The notes under the pieces were generated by a model. It saw only the letters and a program-made list of their open reading frames with translations. It was not told the origin of the DNA and ran no database searches. Both the position numbers and the translations under genes were made by a program. A stretch of 62,664 bases of DNA, the filler included. It is 6 parts of 6 records of this genome, joined end to end, with 100 filler letters (N's around TTAATTAATTAA, not from the genome) between each part and the next. Parts side by side here need not be neighbours in the genome. Positions count along the whole stretch, not along the records: positions 1 to 30,680 come from DRR723986_15255; 5 more parts are not named here. One strand, 5' to 3'. Shown here piece after piece: positions 9,506 to 19,319 of this stretch; positions within the stretch are counted from its first letter, which is position 1; each line of letters starts with the position of its first letter.

Positions 9506-11065
9506 ATGAAAAAGCTCTTAAGTACTCTAGCACTGCTAGCTGTGGTGGCACTGTATAGCGATCTAGCATTCGCCGAAGAAGTAAACACGACTTCGGGGCC
9601 CGTGCTTGGGACGGAATCTCGCGATGAGGCCGTTGAAGTCTTCAAGGGCATCCCCTACGCAGCGCCGCCCGTCGGCGAGTTGCGGTGGCGTCCGCCGAAC
9701 CCGCCTGCAGCCTGGACCGAGCCACGCTTGTGCGATCAATTCGGAGCAAAGTCGCTCCAACGTAAAGATGCGCGCAAGGGCGGGCAGAGCGAAGACTGCC
9801 TGTACTTGAACGTTTGGCGACAGAAGACACCATCGGACCACGCTCGCCCGGTTATGGTGTGGATTCACGGCGGCGGGTTCACTCAGGGCTCTGGTCATCA
9901 ACCAAGCTACGATGGCACGCAGTTTGCCAAACGCGGCGTAGTACTCGTAACGATCAACTACCGCCTGGGAGCCCTTGGGTTCATGACGCATCCTGCGCTG
10001 TCGGCGGAATCTCCGCACCAGTCGTCGGGCAACTACGCCGTGTTTGATCAAATTGCTGCACTTGAGTGGATTCGCGATAACATCTCCAGCTTCGGTGGCG
10101 ATCCGAAGAACGTTACCATTTTCGGCGAATCGGCTGGCGGGACGAGCGTCTACCTACTGATGGCAACACCACTTTCAAAAGGACTGTTTCATCGCGCTAT
10201 CCTGCAGAGCCCGTGGCTGGATCCACGAATCTTTCGCAACCTGAAATCAGAGAATGAAAATGGTCCGCCCGCGGAGCTGGACGGTGTGGGGCAAACAGAC
10301 CGCATGTTCGGCGATGGCAGCGCTAGCAGCACTGAAGTACTCGCCAAGCTTCGCGCCCTACCTGCCAGCGAAGTCTTAGAGAAGGTGAAAGAGCGTTGGC
10401 CGGTGGCGATCGACGGCTGGATCTTTCCAAAAGCGCCGCATGAGATCTTTGCTGCAGGAGAGCAACATGCTGTACCGACAATCATTGGAACAAATCGCGA
10501 CGAAGGAACCATGTTCACGCCTCGAACCGCGTTTGGCGGGACGCTCGAATCGTACCAAGAGGCAATGAACGAGCAGTACGGTCAGGCGGGCGAGCAAGTT
10601 GCTAAGATCTACGCCCCCGAATCGGCCGATGAGCTATGGAAGGCGGGCGTGCAGCACATCACCGACACTTGGTTCATACGCCCGGCACGCGAGGTCGCTC
10701 GAGCCATGGATCAACAGGGAACACCGGTGTGGATGTATCACTTCACCAAGCCCGTGTGGGGATGGATGGGAGCTGCCCACGCGGCGGAGATCGGATACGT
10801 ATTCGGCAACCTCGGCCAACCCGCGGCAGCCGACGCAGAACTTTCCAGCGCGTTCATGGACTACTGGGTTCGCTTCGCAGCCAAAGGCACACCCAACGGC
10901 GGCGATCAACCTGACTGGCCGGCCTACTCAACCACTGAAGACCAGCACCTTATCATGGACAGATCCATCTCTGTCGAATCCGGCCTCCGCCGCCAAGCCT
11001 GCGACATCCTTGACAAAGCGCTGCAACAGCGGCGCGAAAAGGCTTCAACAACTACCGCACGTTGA
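9506..11065 (+). CDS. Carboxylesterase type B (COesterase family), secreted
   Basis: FKGIPYAAPP, SEDCLYLNVW, WIHGGGF, GESAGG nucleophile, NRDEG acid, GAAHAAEI His. Confidence 0.95.
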   Translation: MKKLLSTLALLAVVALYSDLAFAEEVNTTSGPVLGTESRDEAVEVFKGIPYAAPPVGELRWRPPNPPAAWTEPRLCDQFGAKSLQRKDARKGGQSEDCLYLNVWRQKTPSDHARPVMVWIHGGGFTQGSGHQPSYDGTQFAKRGVVLVTINYRLGALGFMTHPALSAESPHQSSGNYAVFDQIAALEWIRDNISSFGGDPKNVTIFGESAGGTSVYLLMATPLSKGLFHRAILQSPWLDPRIFRNLKSENENGPPAELDGVGQTDRMFGDGSASSTEVLAKLRALPASEVLEKVKERWPVAIDGWIFPKAPHEIFAAGEQHAVPTIIGTNRDEGTMFTPRTAFGGTLESYQEAMNEQYGQAGEQVAKIYAPESADELWKAGVQHITDTWFIRPAREVARAMDQQGTPVWMYHFTKPVWGWMGAAHAAEIGYVFGNLGQPAAADAELSSAFMDYWVRFAAKGTPNGGDQPDWPAYSTTEDQHLIMDRSISVESGLRRQACDILDKALQQRREKASTTTAR

Positions 11066-11121
11066 TTTTGATTTCTATTGAATCAGTGAAGTGCGGATCG
11101 GGGTGACGCATCACTCACTGG

Positions 11122-14100
11122 TCAATCTAAAACAGCGCTGCTGAGGATGCGGAAGAAGCCATTCCATGCTTGAGGTTTACCCATGGGCGGGTTACCGTCG
11201 ACGCCCATGCGAACGACAACCATGTCCCATTCGGGGATGACGAACAACAGATTGTGGTTCAAACCACTCGCATAGTACGTCATCGGCGGCGCGTCGGGCA
11301 TGCGATTTTCACCGCCATTGGTCCACCAATTGAATCCGTAAGCACCAGGACCTCGGACATTCGATCGATCGGTCTGCCCAACCGGAATTTCAACCGAGAC
11401 TTGATTTCGTGTCGCCTGTTCCACCCATTCGCGAGGAATCAGTTGCTCGCCATTCCAGGCACCTTGGTTCAGATACAAGTGGCCGAATCGAGCCATTTGA
11501 CGGGCGTTTATTTGCACGCCGGTGCAACCATTGCAGATCGGAATCCCGTGTACTTCCCCTTCAGTTCCCCATTCAACTTGCCCCATTCCGATGGGAGCAA
11601 AGACACGCTCGTCTAGGTAGTCGACCAGCTTTCGTTGACCGATCCGAGTCAGCATCCGCCCGAGTGTCATCTGTGCTTCATCCCAGTAGGCGTAGGCCGA
11701 CCCAGGTGCAAAGTATGGCTCATCTGGACTGTACGGAGTCCACGACCAATCTGCGTTCTCATCTTCCCAGCGACTTCGACCGCGGGCGCTAAAACCTGAG
11801 GTCATCGTGGTAAAGTCACGAAGCGTCGCTGTCGGGTAAAGCTTGCGATACTCATCAAAAACATCGCATGCCCTGGTATCTAACGAGCATTTTCCGTCTG
11901 CGATCAGTAGCCCGAGCGCGGTACTTGTGAAAGACTTGCTGCACGACCAGATGTTGTGCACCTCCGTCGTGCTACGCCCTTCGTGAATCACAACACCACG
12001 ACGGACAATCATCACCTCATTTAGCTTGTCCGCCTTACAGTGTCCCTTGATGTACTCCAGCGCGGCAAACATGCCGGATGAATCCACGCCCTGCGACTCG
12101 GGGCTGCCATGCACCCAGTCAACGCCAGGGAAGACCATTGAGGCAGAGGGCGTCGTCGTGACCGAAGATTGCTCTACGCGATTCACCGGCACGGCTTCGC
12201 CTGGTTCGTAAACCGTTTCGCCCTTCTCAGCGCTATTTGGCCGATAACTCCGATCCTGAGTCAACAGGAACTGGTCGAAGGCGAAGCCGTCCTCCCGCAT
12301 GGAAAACTCGACCGTATGGATTCCTGCTTCCTCCACATCTAGATAGATCTCCATTGGGACGCCGCAATGCTTCTCCTCCGTGCGTTGCGCGCAAGCCCAG
12401 GTCCAACGATTCTTGCCGTCACACCACTGCATTCTCTGGCCATGTTCGGGCCACTGGCCGTCCAGTCCCACGTGGATCCCGTTATCCTCAGTACCCGTCG
12501 AAAACGCCCTCACCCATACATAGTATCGACCTGCATCGGGGAAGTCGACTCGATAGCGCAAGATGGCCATCTTCCCAGGTTCAGGACTAAAATTCTCTCC
12601 ACGAATGAGTTTGTCATCATGAGTTCGGCGGGTGTCTGGCAACAACCTGACGAATCGTCCCTGGCTCGCGGGCTTGGACGCAGACAATATGCCACGCACC
12701 CAGGTCGTCGGCTCACCCGCCCCATCCAACGCGGGCAAAGAGCCTGACTTTTTGAGTTCATACCACTGTCGTTTGTCTGTCTTTGACTGGCTTTCAAAGT
12801 GCTCCGCTTCGACGACGATCTCAGATCGCCCACCCGCGTGGAATACTGGACTCGTCTTACGGACTAGGCAGACCCAATCGCGATCCTTATCCGCAGGCGG
12901 CTCGCCAATGTCGACTTGCCCCGGCCCCCAGACTGTCTTGACCGAGCCAGTTTGTAACGGCCCTCCATCACGAGGGTTGAACCACTGCACTGAGAATGGA
13001 CCGCGGTGCTTCTGCAGATCGAGCCGCGTGCTTCCGCCGCTGAACAAGTAGATGCAATACACCTCACCTCGTTTCGCCAGACAGTAATCTGCGTAAGCCC
13101 GAGGCAGGTGGTCGGCTGGGGCCATCTCCCAGAAAGGCAAATACGTCTGGAAGAAATCGATCGCAAGCTTCGATTGCTTCCACATTGTTTCTCTTGGCCG
13201 CCATGTTTCGGCGGAAAGATCACTTTCTGGGCTATTGTTTTGCCAACCAAAATACCACTCGACACCAGCCCCGCCGCCCATCAAGTTGCCCCACAGGCCC
13301 TTGCTCCTGGCGTTGAAATGATCAGGCTCGTCCTGGTCTGTTGGCAGACCAAACTGAGCTCCTCCCATTTCATCGGCGCAGACAACCCAGGGCTTTCCAG
13401 CCGAACGAGACGCCGCAACATATTGTTTCGTATGGTAGTGAACATCGTTCCACTGGAAATCCTGAAGTGCGGTGCCATCGAGAGTAGACTTGCCCAGATG
13501 TGGATCGAAAGTCTCGCGGATGTTTTCTGGCGAATAGTGGTCGTTGTGAACGACGATGGGATGATCGTAGGGATCAATGCTTCGGATGTAGTCCGCCATC
13601 TCCTGCTGCTGCTGGGGTGTTTGCAAATTCTCTTCACCCAGGTTCCACACAACTGCGGGGTGGTGGGAGAAGCGGGCAACCATCTCGCGCAGGTACAATC
13701 GCCTCACAGGCCCAACAGCGCCGCCGTCCAGGATGTGATCATTCTCAGTCTCCTGGAGCACGACATGCATCTGGATTCCCAGACTCTGCATATGCTCGAA
13801 GACAATCTCCCACTGATCCAGTTTGCTAACATCGAATCTGCTGTGCTCCCAAGGATCGGTCCATGGCCACACGTTGCGTCCGTCGCCATTGACATTCATG
13901 GTCAAGAAATAGACGGAATTGACTCCCTGGCTCGACAAGTAGTTCAAACCACCGACTAGGCCCTTCCCCTTGCCGTCTTTCCAAGTAGGGTCGCCCTTGC
14001 GCCAATCACGAACGTGGTCTGGATAACGATGCAACCCGCTGTCTAAAGAGGGAAGTTCAATCGGATCGTGCGGGGCTGGTATCGGGTGAATCTGCGTGTC

Positions 14101-14661
14101 ATGCCAGGTCCCGTCGAAATCGTGGTAGCCCAGCAACGTCTCAGGGCTATCGGTACCAGCTTTAAGGAAGTATTTGCCGCTTCCTGCAAATCTCAAGTAT
14201 CGCTCGCCGACATACTGAAGATGCCCGTGATGGCGGAAGTCGCGACCGGTCTTATTGGAAGTGGCGACGGTAAACGCCCCCTCGCTACCGTCGAGTGCGA
14301 TAGTTGTGTCTCGGTGTTTTAACTCAAGGCGGTAGGTCCAACGCCCGGTCAACGAAGGCGAGAAACGCACCTGCCATTTGCTGCCTCCTGTGGCAGAAGT
14401 CTCCGCCGCGTTGCCGTCGGCGGCGAAAAAGCCAGGCACCTCGTAACGCTGGGATGTTTCGGGGTGAATCAGCCATGCCGTCAATTGATAGTCGACAAAT
14501 GGATTCAACTCGGCAGATTCATCAGCCGCTGGCCCATCGACGGTCAAGGTCACCGTGTGCCATTGCCGCATCTCTCCCGACACCTCGGCAGCCACCGTAC
14601 TCGTCGCCCAAGCGGCTTGTAGTGCAAAAAGAAAGGCCAGTGCAATTAGTCTTCGCTGCAT
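11122..14661 (-). CDS. Multidomain secreted protein: DUF5060-like Ig domain, GH-like TIM barrel, beta-sandwich domains and a C-terminal beta-lactamase-family serine hydrolase
   Basis: GFFAADGNAA...WQVRFSP...G.WTY; VVWNLGEE and CADE candidate acids; WFNPRDGG; SMREDGFAFDQ; SxxK (WSCSKS), Y in AYWD, ARFGHLYLNQG, YYASG. Start reassigned to ATG 14661 (signal peptide). Confidence 0.75.
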   Translation of the reverse strand: MQRRLIALAFLFALQAAWATSTVAAEVSGEMRQWHTVTLTVDGPAADESAELNPFVDYQLTAWLIHPETSQRYEVPGFFAADGNAAETSATGGSKWQVRFSPSLTGRWTYRLELKHRDTTIALDGSEGAFTVATSNKTGRDFRHHGHLQYVGERYLRFAGSGKYFLKAGTDSPETLLGYHDFDGTWHDTQIHPIPAPHDPIELPSLDSGLHRYPDHVRDWRKGDPTWKDGKGKGLVGGLNYLSSQGVNSVYFLTMNVNGDGRNVWPWTDPWEHSRFDVSKLDQWEIVFEHMQSLGIQMHVVLQETENDHILDGGAVGPVRRLYLREMVARFSHHPAVVWNLGEENLQTPQQQQEMADYIRSIDPYDHPIVVHNDHYSPENIRETFDPHLGKSTLDGTALQDFQWNDVHYHTKQYVAASRSAGKPWVVCADEMGGAQFGLPTDQDEPDHFNARSKGLWGNLMGGGAGVEWYFGWQNNSPESDLSAETWRPRETMWKQSKLAIDFFQTYLPFWEMAPADHLPRAYADYCLAKRGEVYCIYLFSGGSTRLDLQKHRGPFSVQWFNPRDGGPLQTGSVKTVWGPGQVDIGEPPADKDRDWVCLVRKTSPVFHAGGRSEIVVEAEHFESQSKTDKRQWYELKKSGSLPALDGAGEPTTWVRGILSASKPASQGRFVRLLPDTRRTHDDKLIRGENFSPEPGKMAILRYRVDFPDAGRYYVWVRAFSTGTEDNGIHVGLDGQWPEHGQRMQWCDGKNRWTWACAQRTEEKHCGVPMEIYLDVEEAGIHTVEFSMREDGFAFDQFLLTQDRSYRPNSAEKGETVYEPGEAVPVNRVEQSSVTTTPSASMVFPGVDWVHGSPESQGVDSSGMFAALEYIKGHCKADKLNEVMIVRRGVVIHEGRSTTEVHNIWSCSKSFTSTALGLLIADGKCSLDTRACDVFDEYRKLYPTATLRDFTTMTSGFSARGRSRWEDENADWSWTPYSPDEPYFAPGSAYAYWDEAQMTLGRMLTRIGQRKLVDYLDERVFAPIGMGQVEWGTEGEVHGIPICNGCTGVQINARQMARFGHLYLNQGAWNGEQLIPREWVEQATRNQVSVEIPVGQTDRSNVRGPGAYGFNWWTNGGENRMPDAPPMTYYASGLNHNLLFVIPEWDMVVVRMGVDGNPPMGKPQAWNGFFRILSSAVLD

Positions 14662-14783
14662 AGTTCTTACGCGTCGTTTTCTGAAGAGTTTGATAGGCTT
14701 CGTCACGCCGATTCACCAAGACACGGCCGCATCGAAAGTGTCAGCCCGCTGGCCTGGGACAGGGTTTTACCCCTATGAATGAG

Positions 14784-14960
14784 TCAATCGCGTAGGATAA
14801 TCCAAACCGCGTGAATGATCCCTGGAACGTAGCCGGCGAAAGTCAGCAAGAGATTCAGCCAGAAATGGATGCCGATTCCAACCTGAAGGAAAACGCCAAG
14901 TGGCGGCAAGAAGATCGCCAACAAGACTTTGACTACATTATTTTCGATGATGCCAGACAC
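14784..14960 (-). CDS. YqaE/Pmp3 family small membrane protein (58 aa; absent from the ORF track)
   Basis: Hand translation from GTG 14960: MSGIIENNVVKVLLAIFLPPLGVFLQVGIGIHFWLNLLLTFAGYVPGIIHAVWIILRD*; GGAGG RBS; LPPLGVFL and PGIIHA signatures. Confidence 0.92.
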   Translation of the reverse strand: MSGIIENNVVKVLLAIFLPPLGVFLQVGIGIHFWLNLLLTFAGYVPGIIHAVWIILRD

Positions 14961-15016
14961 GCGCGTCCCTCCCCAAAATCAAAGCTAACCGCACAAGCTC
15001 GACTTGGAATTCTATC

Positions 15017-16414
15017 ATGAAGTTACCGCTACGTCCGCTTCTCATTCTGCTAACCCTACATGCACTGTACCCTGCCGCCACTCCAGCAGAGCAAGATTCT
15101 GCACCCCAAAAACCGAAATCGGAACTCAACTGGCACTCATCGCTCGAGAAGGCGATGGAAGAGAGCCAGCGAAGCGGCAAACCCATCTTGATGGAAATCC
15201 ACGGCCGACCATGGTGCCCGCCGTGCGTTGCGCAGGGCGAAAAGATCATGCAACAGCCAGAGTTCGCTGACTGGGCAAAGAACAATGTCGTGCTTCTTGA
15301 GATTCGAGTCGGAGAGGGCTACAGCAAAGAGAAGGGCAGTCCCATTTGGGCTGAGCAGTTTCGCAAACACAAGCTTCCCGGAATTCCGGCCGCCGTAATG
15401 CTAACATCCGAGGGCGAACGAATCGGAACGATTTACCCAAAGCCAGACATACACCAATGGATCGGTGCCGCGAGCAACCTACTGACCTCGAACGCCTTGT
15501 CAAAGCAATCGACAGCACCTGATACTAAATCGCTTCCCTTTCGAATTACCGAATCGAACAATATCTCTGTTCCGGCAACTCTGAATGGACGAATCGGTCT
15601 GAACCTAATGTTCCACACTGCTGTCGACTCGGTCTCGCTAACCAAAGAAACCGTTGAACGCTTTCCCGAGATCAAGCTGACTCAATCGGTAGAAACTGAG
15701 ACATGGAGCGGCAGCTCGGACACGCGTTTCGGCAAGGCAACTCTCGCCCTTGGCGGACTTTTGGACCGCCAGGTCACCGTCTTCGAAAGCTTAAAGTCTG
15801 GGCAAGGAACTGACGGCAAGTTTGGCCCCGAACAACTTCATGCTAAGGCATTTGCAATTGATTTCACCAGCTCGGAAATCAAGTTGCTTCCTGAGATTCC
15901 GCAACAGGTCGCCGCGCCGGATTCGGAATGGCAAAGCTTTGATGGACTGGTAGATTCAGAATTGCTGTTCGTGGAGGCAAACCTTTCCAACGGCAAGCTG
16001 GCCAGCACCAAAGAACAAGGCAGCGCGGACGAGGCGGCTAGCGGCTCAGAATACACGGAAACCGTCCGTTTCCTGCTACATTCTGGCTACAGCGGTTTTG
16101 GACTGCTCGACACAGCGCAGGTTGCGAAAAGCGATTTCTTGCAGAACCTACACGTTGAGAAAGAAAACGAGCTTTCCGATTCATCGGGGAGAAAAGTGTC
16201 GACCAAGCTTGTACGCGTCCCGCGATTCCAGTTCTCTGATTCAGAACTCGCAGATGTTCCGATGTCGTACTTCGACGGATCACTAGGACAACAACGGTTC
16301 AGCTTGCTCGGCTGCGACTTTCTCAGGCGGTACGACTGGGTATTCGACCTATCGAACGACCGCGTCTATTTTCGCGCCAACAAGGCACTCAAGACCAACT
16401 ATTTCATCAAGTAG
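15017..16414 (+). CDS. Thioredoxin-like domain fused to tandem retropepsin-like aspartyl-protease domains
   Basis: Signal peptide; WCPPC; LMFHTAV and FLLHSGY at the DTG/DSG positions; LLGCDFLRRYDWVFD retropepsin-type end. Confidence 0.7.
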   Translation: MKLPLRPLLILLTLHALYPAATPAEQDSAPQKPKSELNWHSSLEKAMEESQRSGKPILMEIHGRPWCPPCVAQGEKIMQQPEFADWAKNNVVLLEIRVGEGYSKEKGSPIWAEQFRKHKLPGIPAAVMLTSEGERIGTIYPKPDIHQWIGAASNLLTSNALSKQSTAPDTKSLPFRITESNNISVPATLNGRIGLNLMFHTAVDSVSLTKETVERFPEIKLTQSVETETWSGSSDTRFGKATLALGGLLDRQVTVFESLKSGQGTDGKFGPEQLHAKAFAIDFTSSEIKLLPEIPQQVAAPDSEWQSFDGLVDSELLFVEANLSNGKLASTKEQGSADEAASGSEYTETVRFLLHSGYSGFGLLDTAQVAKSDFLQNLHVEKENELSDSSGRKVSTKLVRVPRFQFSDSELADVPMSYFDGSLGQQRFSLLGCDFLRRYDWVFDLSNDRVYFRANKALKTNYFIK

Positions 16415-16490
16415 TCGCACTCGGTCGTATAGAAACCGAGCTTACTCCCCGCCCGCGTTTTGTGCGGACGGTGGAGAAACCTCGTCTAGC

Positions 16491-17231
16491 TTATTGCTTT
16501 CGCGATCGGCGAATCGCAAAGCACGCAGTAGCGAGACCAAGCAACATTGCGCTACCTGGCTCCGGTACAGCCGATAGACCCCGCGACTCAATGAAGTGCT
16601 CTACGCCAGCTTCGAATTGCGCTTCTTCCAAACCACGGTTCAAGACGATACCGAAAGATTCCGAATTGGCGATTCCAGCTCCACTGGAATTGAGCTCTAG
16701 GACGAAACCATACGCTCCGACTGGCGCTGAATCACTGAGCACCCACTCCACGTGCTGGTGGATGTCGCCCCTTCCACCGCTTCCTGCGATCTCGCCCGTT
16801 GCACGATCAATAATGTTGCGGAACGCACCATCGACAAACGATGCTTCAGCGTGAGTCGCACCGGCTTGGGTGAGGATATTGTTTGGCGAAGCGGTGGCGT
16901 GCTCGAAGGTAATGCTTGCGTCGGTCGTCGCCTCTGCAGCGCCATTCCAATAGTACAAGCTACCGAGGATATCGTAGCCCATGTAATCAAGTGCATTGAT
17001 CCCCAGACCGTCCGAAACTTCCGAAATGAAGCCAGGGTCGTCTGTTCCAAAGGTCCCAGCAACATCAGCAAAGCTACCTTCAAAAATGCGACCCTCGCTA
17101 CCGAATTCGACATCAACCATCGAATCAACGTAGCTGAATTCGATATCAGAGTGACCGTGCTGAGCTAGGGAACTACGAGCCCCCAAGCAGCTCAAGGCCG
17201 CGATCGCGAACACAAAAACAAAACGTTTCAT
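16491..17231 (-). CDS. PEP-CTERM surface protein with His motifs (putative metal-binding)
   Basis: Signal peptide; mature N-terminus QHGHSD; DDPGF; GDIHQH; C-terminal VPEPGSAMLLGLATACFAIRRSRKQ. Confidence 0.85.
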   Translation of the reverse strand: MKRFVFVFAIAALSCLGARSSLAQHGHSDIEFSYVDSMVDVEFGSEGRIFEGSFADVAGTFGTDDPGFISEVSDGLGINALDYMGYDILGSLYYWNGAAEATTDASITFEHATASPNNILTQAGATHAEASFVDGAFRNIIDRATGEIAGSGGRGDIHQHVEWVLSDSAPVGAYGFVLELNSSGAGIANSESFGIVLNRGLEEAQFEAGVEHFIESRGLSAVPEPGSAMLLGLATACFAIRRSRKQ

Positions 17232-17291
17232 TTGTAACTCCAGTTGAAAAACAAAAAGTGATTTGATGCCGCCCCCAAACAGCAGCGGATT

Positions 17292-17876
17292 CTAATGATC
17301 ATGATCGGGCAGGATTGGTCGCCCCACTGGCGTCAACGACTTGGGTGGAGGATCCCCTTTGGCGAGAGCTCTAATCGCGGCTGCAACATACTGCTCACGG
17401 ACGTTCCCTGGGTCAAAAGTGCTATCGTCCATCGGACCAGAGAAACGGAGCTCACCATCACGATCAAATACAAAAAAGCTGGGCGTATGTGATGCTGACA
17501 ATCGCGATGCAATTACCTGCTCACAGTCGTCAAGTACGGGAAACGTAAACTTCGCCTCGCGATTGAACTCTTCTAACCCTCCATGCGAAACCATCACGGC
17601 TGCGAAGGCCGAAGACTTCGACGAACTCGCCAAACGTTTGAGACGCGTTAAAACTCCAGCGGTTGCCTGGCAGTCGGCAGACAACACGCATACGACGCTT
17701 GAATCAGCACCAGAGCTAAGCGCTTCGCCCAACTCGGCATTCAACTCGATCAGTTCGGACAGGGCAGGCGCCGGCTGGTCGCTCTCAACTGAGAACATTG
17801 AATTTGCCTCGCTCGCCGGTCTCGAACAGGCAGCCAGCCCCGTGAGGGAGATCATGAAAACAAGACGAAACATCAC
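17292..17876 (-). CDS. Redoxin (AhpC/TSA-like) domain lipoprotein
   Basis: Lipobox LAAC; FTFPVLDD...A-HTPSFFVFDRDGELRFSGPMDD; ends PDHDH; start overlaps the DUF1559 stop codon. Confidence 0.75.
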   Translation of the reverse strand: MMFRLVFMISLTGLAACSRPASEANSMFSVESDQPAPALSELIELNAELGEALSSGADSSVVCVLSADCQATAGVLTRLKRLASSSKSSAFAAVMVSHGGLEEFNREAKFTFPVLDDCEQVIASRLSASHTPSFFVFDRDGELRFSGPMDDSTFDPGNVREQYVAAAIRALAKGDPPPKSLTPVGRPILPDHDH

Positions 17877-18967
17877 TGCGGCAACTCCACAACTTCACCA
17901 TCGTTGCGTGATCCGAGAAGCCACCATACTTCTGCATCGATTCCCTGGCTGATGAAATGCACACTGCCGTCGCCGAGGGCCGCATTCACGCCCCCGGTGT
18001 GATTGCTACTTGGCGTAATAATGTTGTCGCCAGTGCCTTCGCCACCGTGGTAATGGCAATTCCACTTGTTTGGCGAATACACATGCATGTACGTCGGCGC
18101 GGTCAAGGTCCACCCACTAATCCAAGAACGTCCCTGAAAGGCCGAATGGAAAGTATCATGGTGTGCCAACTCGCAATTCCGCTGTATCTCGCTTTGCACA
18201 CGTGCCCGCTCAGTTGTGTGACGGGAAACCATTCGCTGATCCGCGTTGCGAATCTCGCGAGACGATTGCGCCTGCATTATCAAACGCTCTGAAATTGCGA
18301 CGGTGTTGGTAAGCCCATCGGTTACGTCCGCCATACGAACTTTGCGAACATGCCAGGGTACCTGCTCGGCTGGAGAATTCATTGCCATTAGGCCATTGTG
18401 AGTTGCATTGGGTGCGGAGCGTTCGCCGCGCACACCAAGCGACCACGAAGGCCAACCCGCATTGGCCGCGTAGCTATCGGATGCGGGATTAGCCGACCCC
18501 ATGACAATTTGATTTTGGTGGTTCGCAGGATCCGAGGGACAAAGAAAAGCCGGAATGACGGCGCGAGACGCAGCGGCATTCACGTGCGATTCACTAATCG
18601 TTGCACCGTAGATATTGTTACACTGTCCCGAGTCAGCCATTTCGACGCGGAAATCGATACTGTTGTACAGATTGCCTTGTTCAATCTGCGGCAGAATGTA
18701 GGCCATCCAGCTATAGAACCCAGACGTACATCCCGCACCTGAACGCGTGCCGCCGCCGGTCATGGTCATCGGGAATGTTTTGTGAATATCGTGGTAGTTG
18801 TGAAAAGCCAGGCCTAGCTGCTTCAAATTGTTCGAACACTGCATCCGCCGAGCCGCTTCTCTGGCAGCTTGTACTGCGGGCAATAGCAGTCCCACCAGAA
18901 TGCCGATGATGGCAATAACCACGAGCAACTCCACCAGCGTGAAGGCTCTTCGCGTTTGTGAATTCAT
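17873..18967 (-). CDS. DUF1559 prepilin-type N-terminal cleavage/methylation protein (copy 1)
   Basis: [60 protein letters not shown]9-DG end (HTGGVNAALGDG). Confidence 0.95.
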   Translation of the reverse strand: MNSQTRRAFTLVELLVVIAIIGILVGLLLPAVQAAREAARRMQCSNNLKQLGLAFHNYHDIHKTFPMTMTGGGTRSGAGCTSGFYSWMAYILPQIEQGNLYNSIDFRVEMADSGQCNNIYGATISESHVNAAASRAVIPAFLCPSDPANHQNQIVMGSANPASDSYAANAGWPSWSLGVRGERSAPNATHNGLMAMNSPAEQVPWHVRKVRMADVTDGLTNTVAISERLIMQAQSSREIRNADQRMVSRHTTERARVQSEIQRNCELAHHDTFHSAFQGRSWISGWTLTAPTYMHVYSPNKWNCHYHGGEGTGDNIITPSSNHTGGVNAALGDGSVHFISQGIDAEVWWLLGSRNDGEVVELPQ

Positions 18968-19319
18968 AAAAGCAATCCTCGCCAACAATAATTTGAATCG
19001 TCTGCGATCATGGTGACGTCAGATGATTCGGTGACCAATTCGCCGAAGCCAGGAGAATGGCTGCGGCGGACAAATCACCGATTCAATTTCGTTAAGGTGC
19101 TCCACCGCGAGCAGCCAAGTGGCCAGGGTTTGGTCGGACCGTTGACCTGAATGACCGAAACACGGTGGAACATATGGAAGAGGCGCATCGTTCTAAATCG
19201 ATGCATCTCTAAGCACTTTGGTCAATCCGCAAATCTTCATTGACTCACCGAGCGCACAACGTTGCGCCGGAGAGAAAGAGATGCGACGATTCGGCTAAGA
19301 GACCGAATCCAAGTGGGAA

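Noticed and set aside
14811-15020. 69-aa + strand ORF
   Set aside because: Antisense shadow of the Pmp3 gene
18968-19319. Cobalamin or NiCo riboswitch in the leader spacer
   Set aside because: No B12-box (GGGAA...GCCACTG) or other known riboswitch consensus recognised on the - strand
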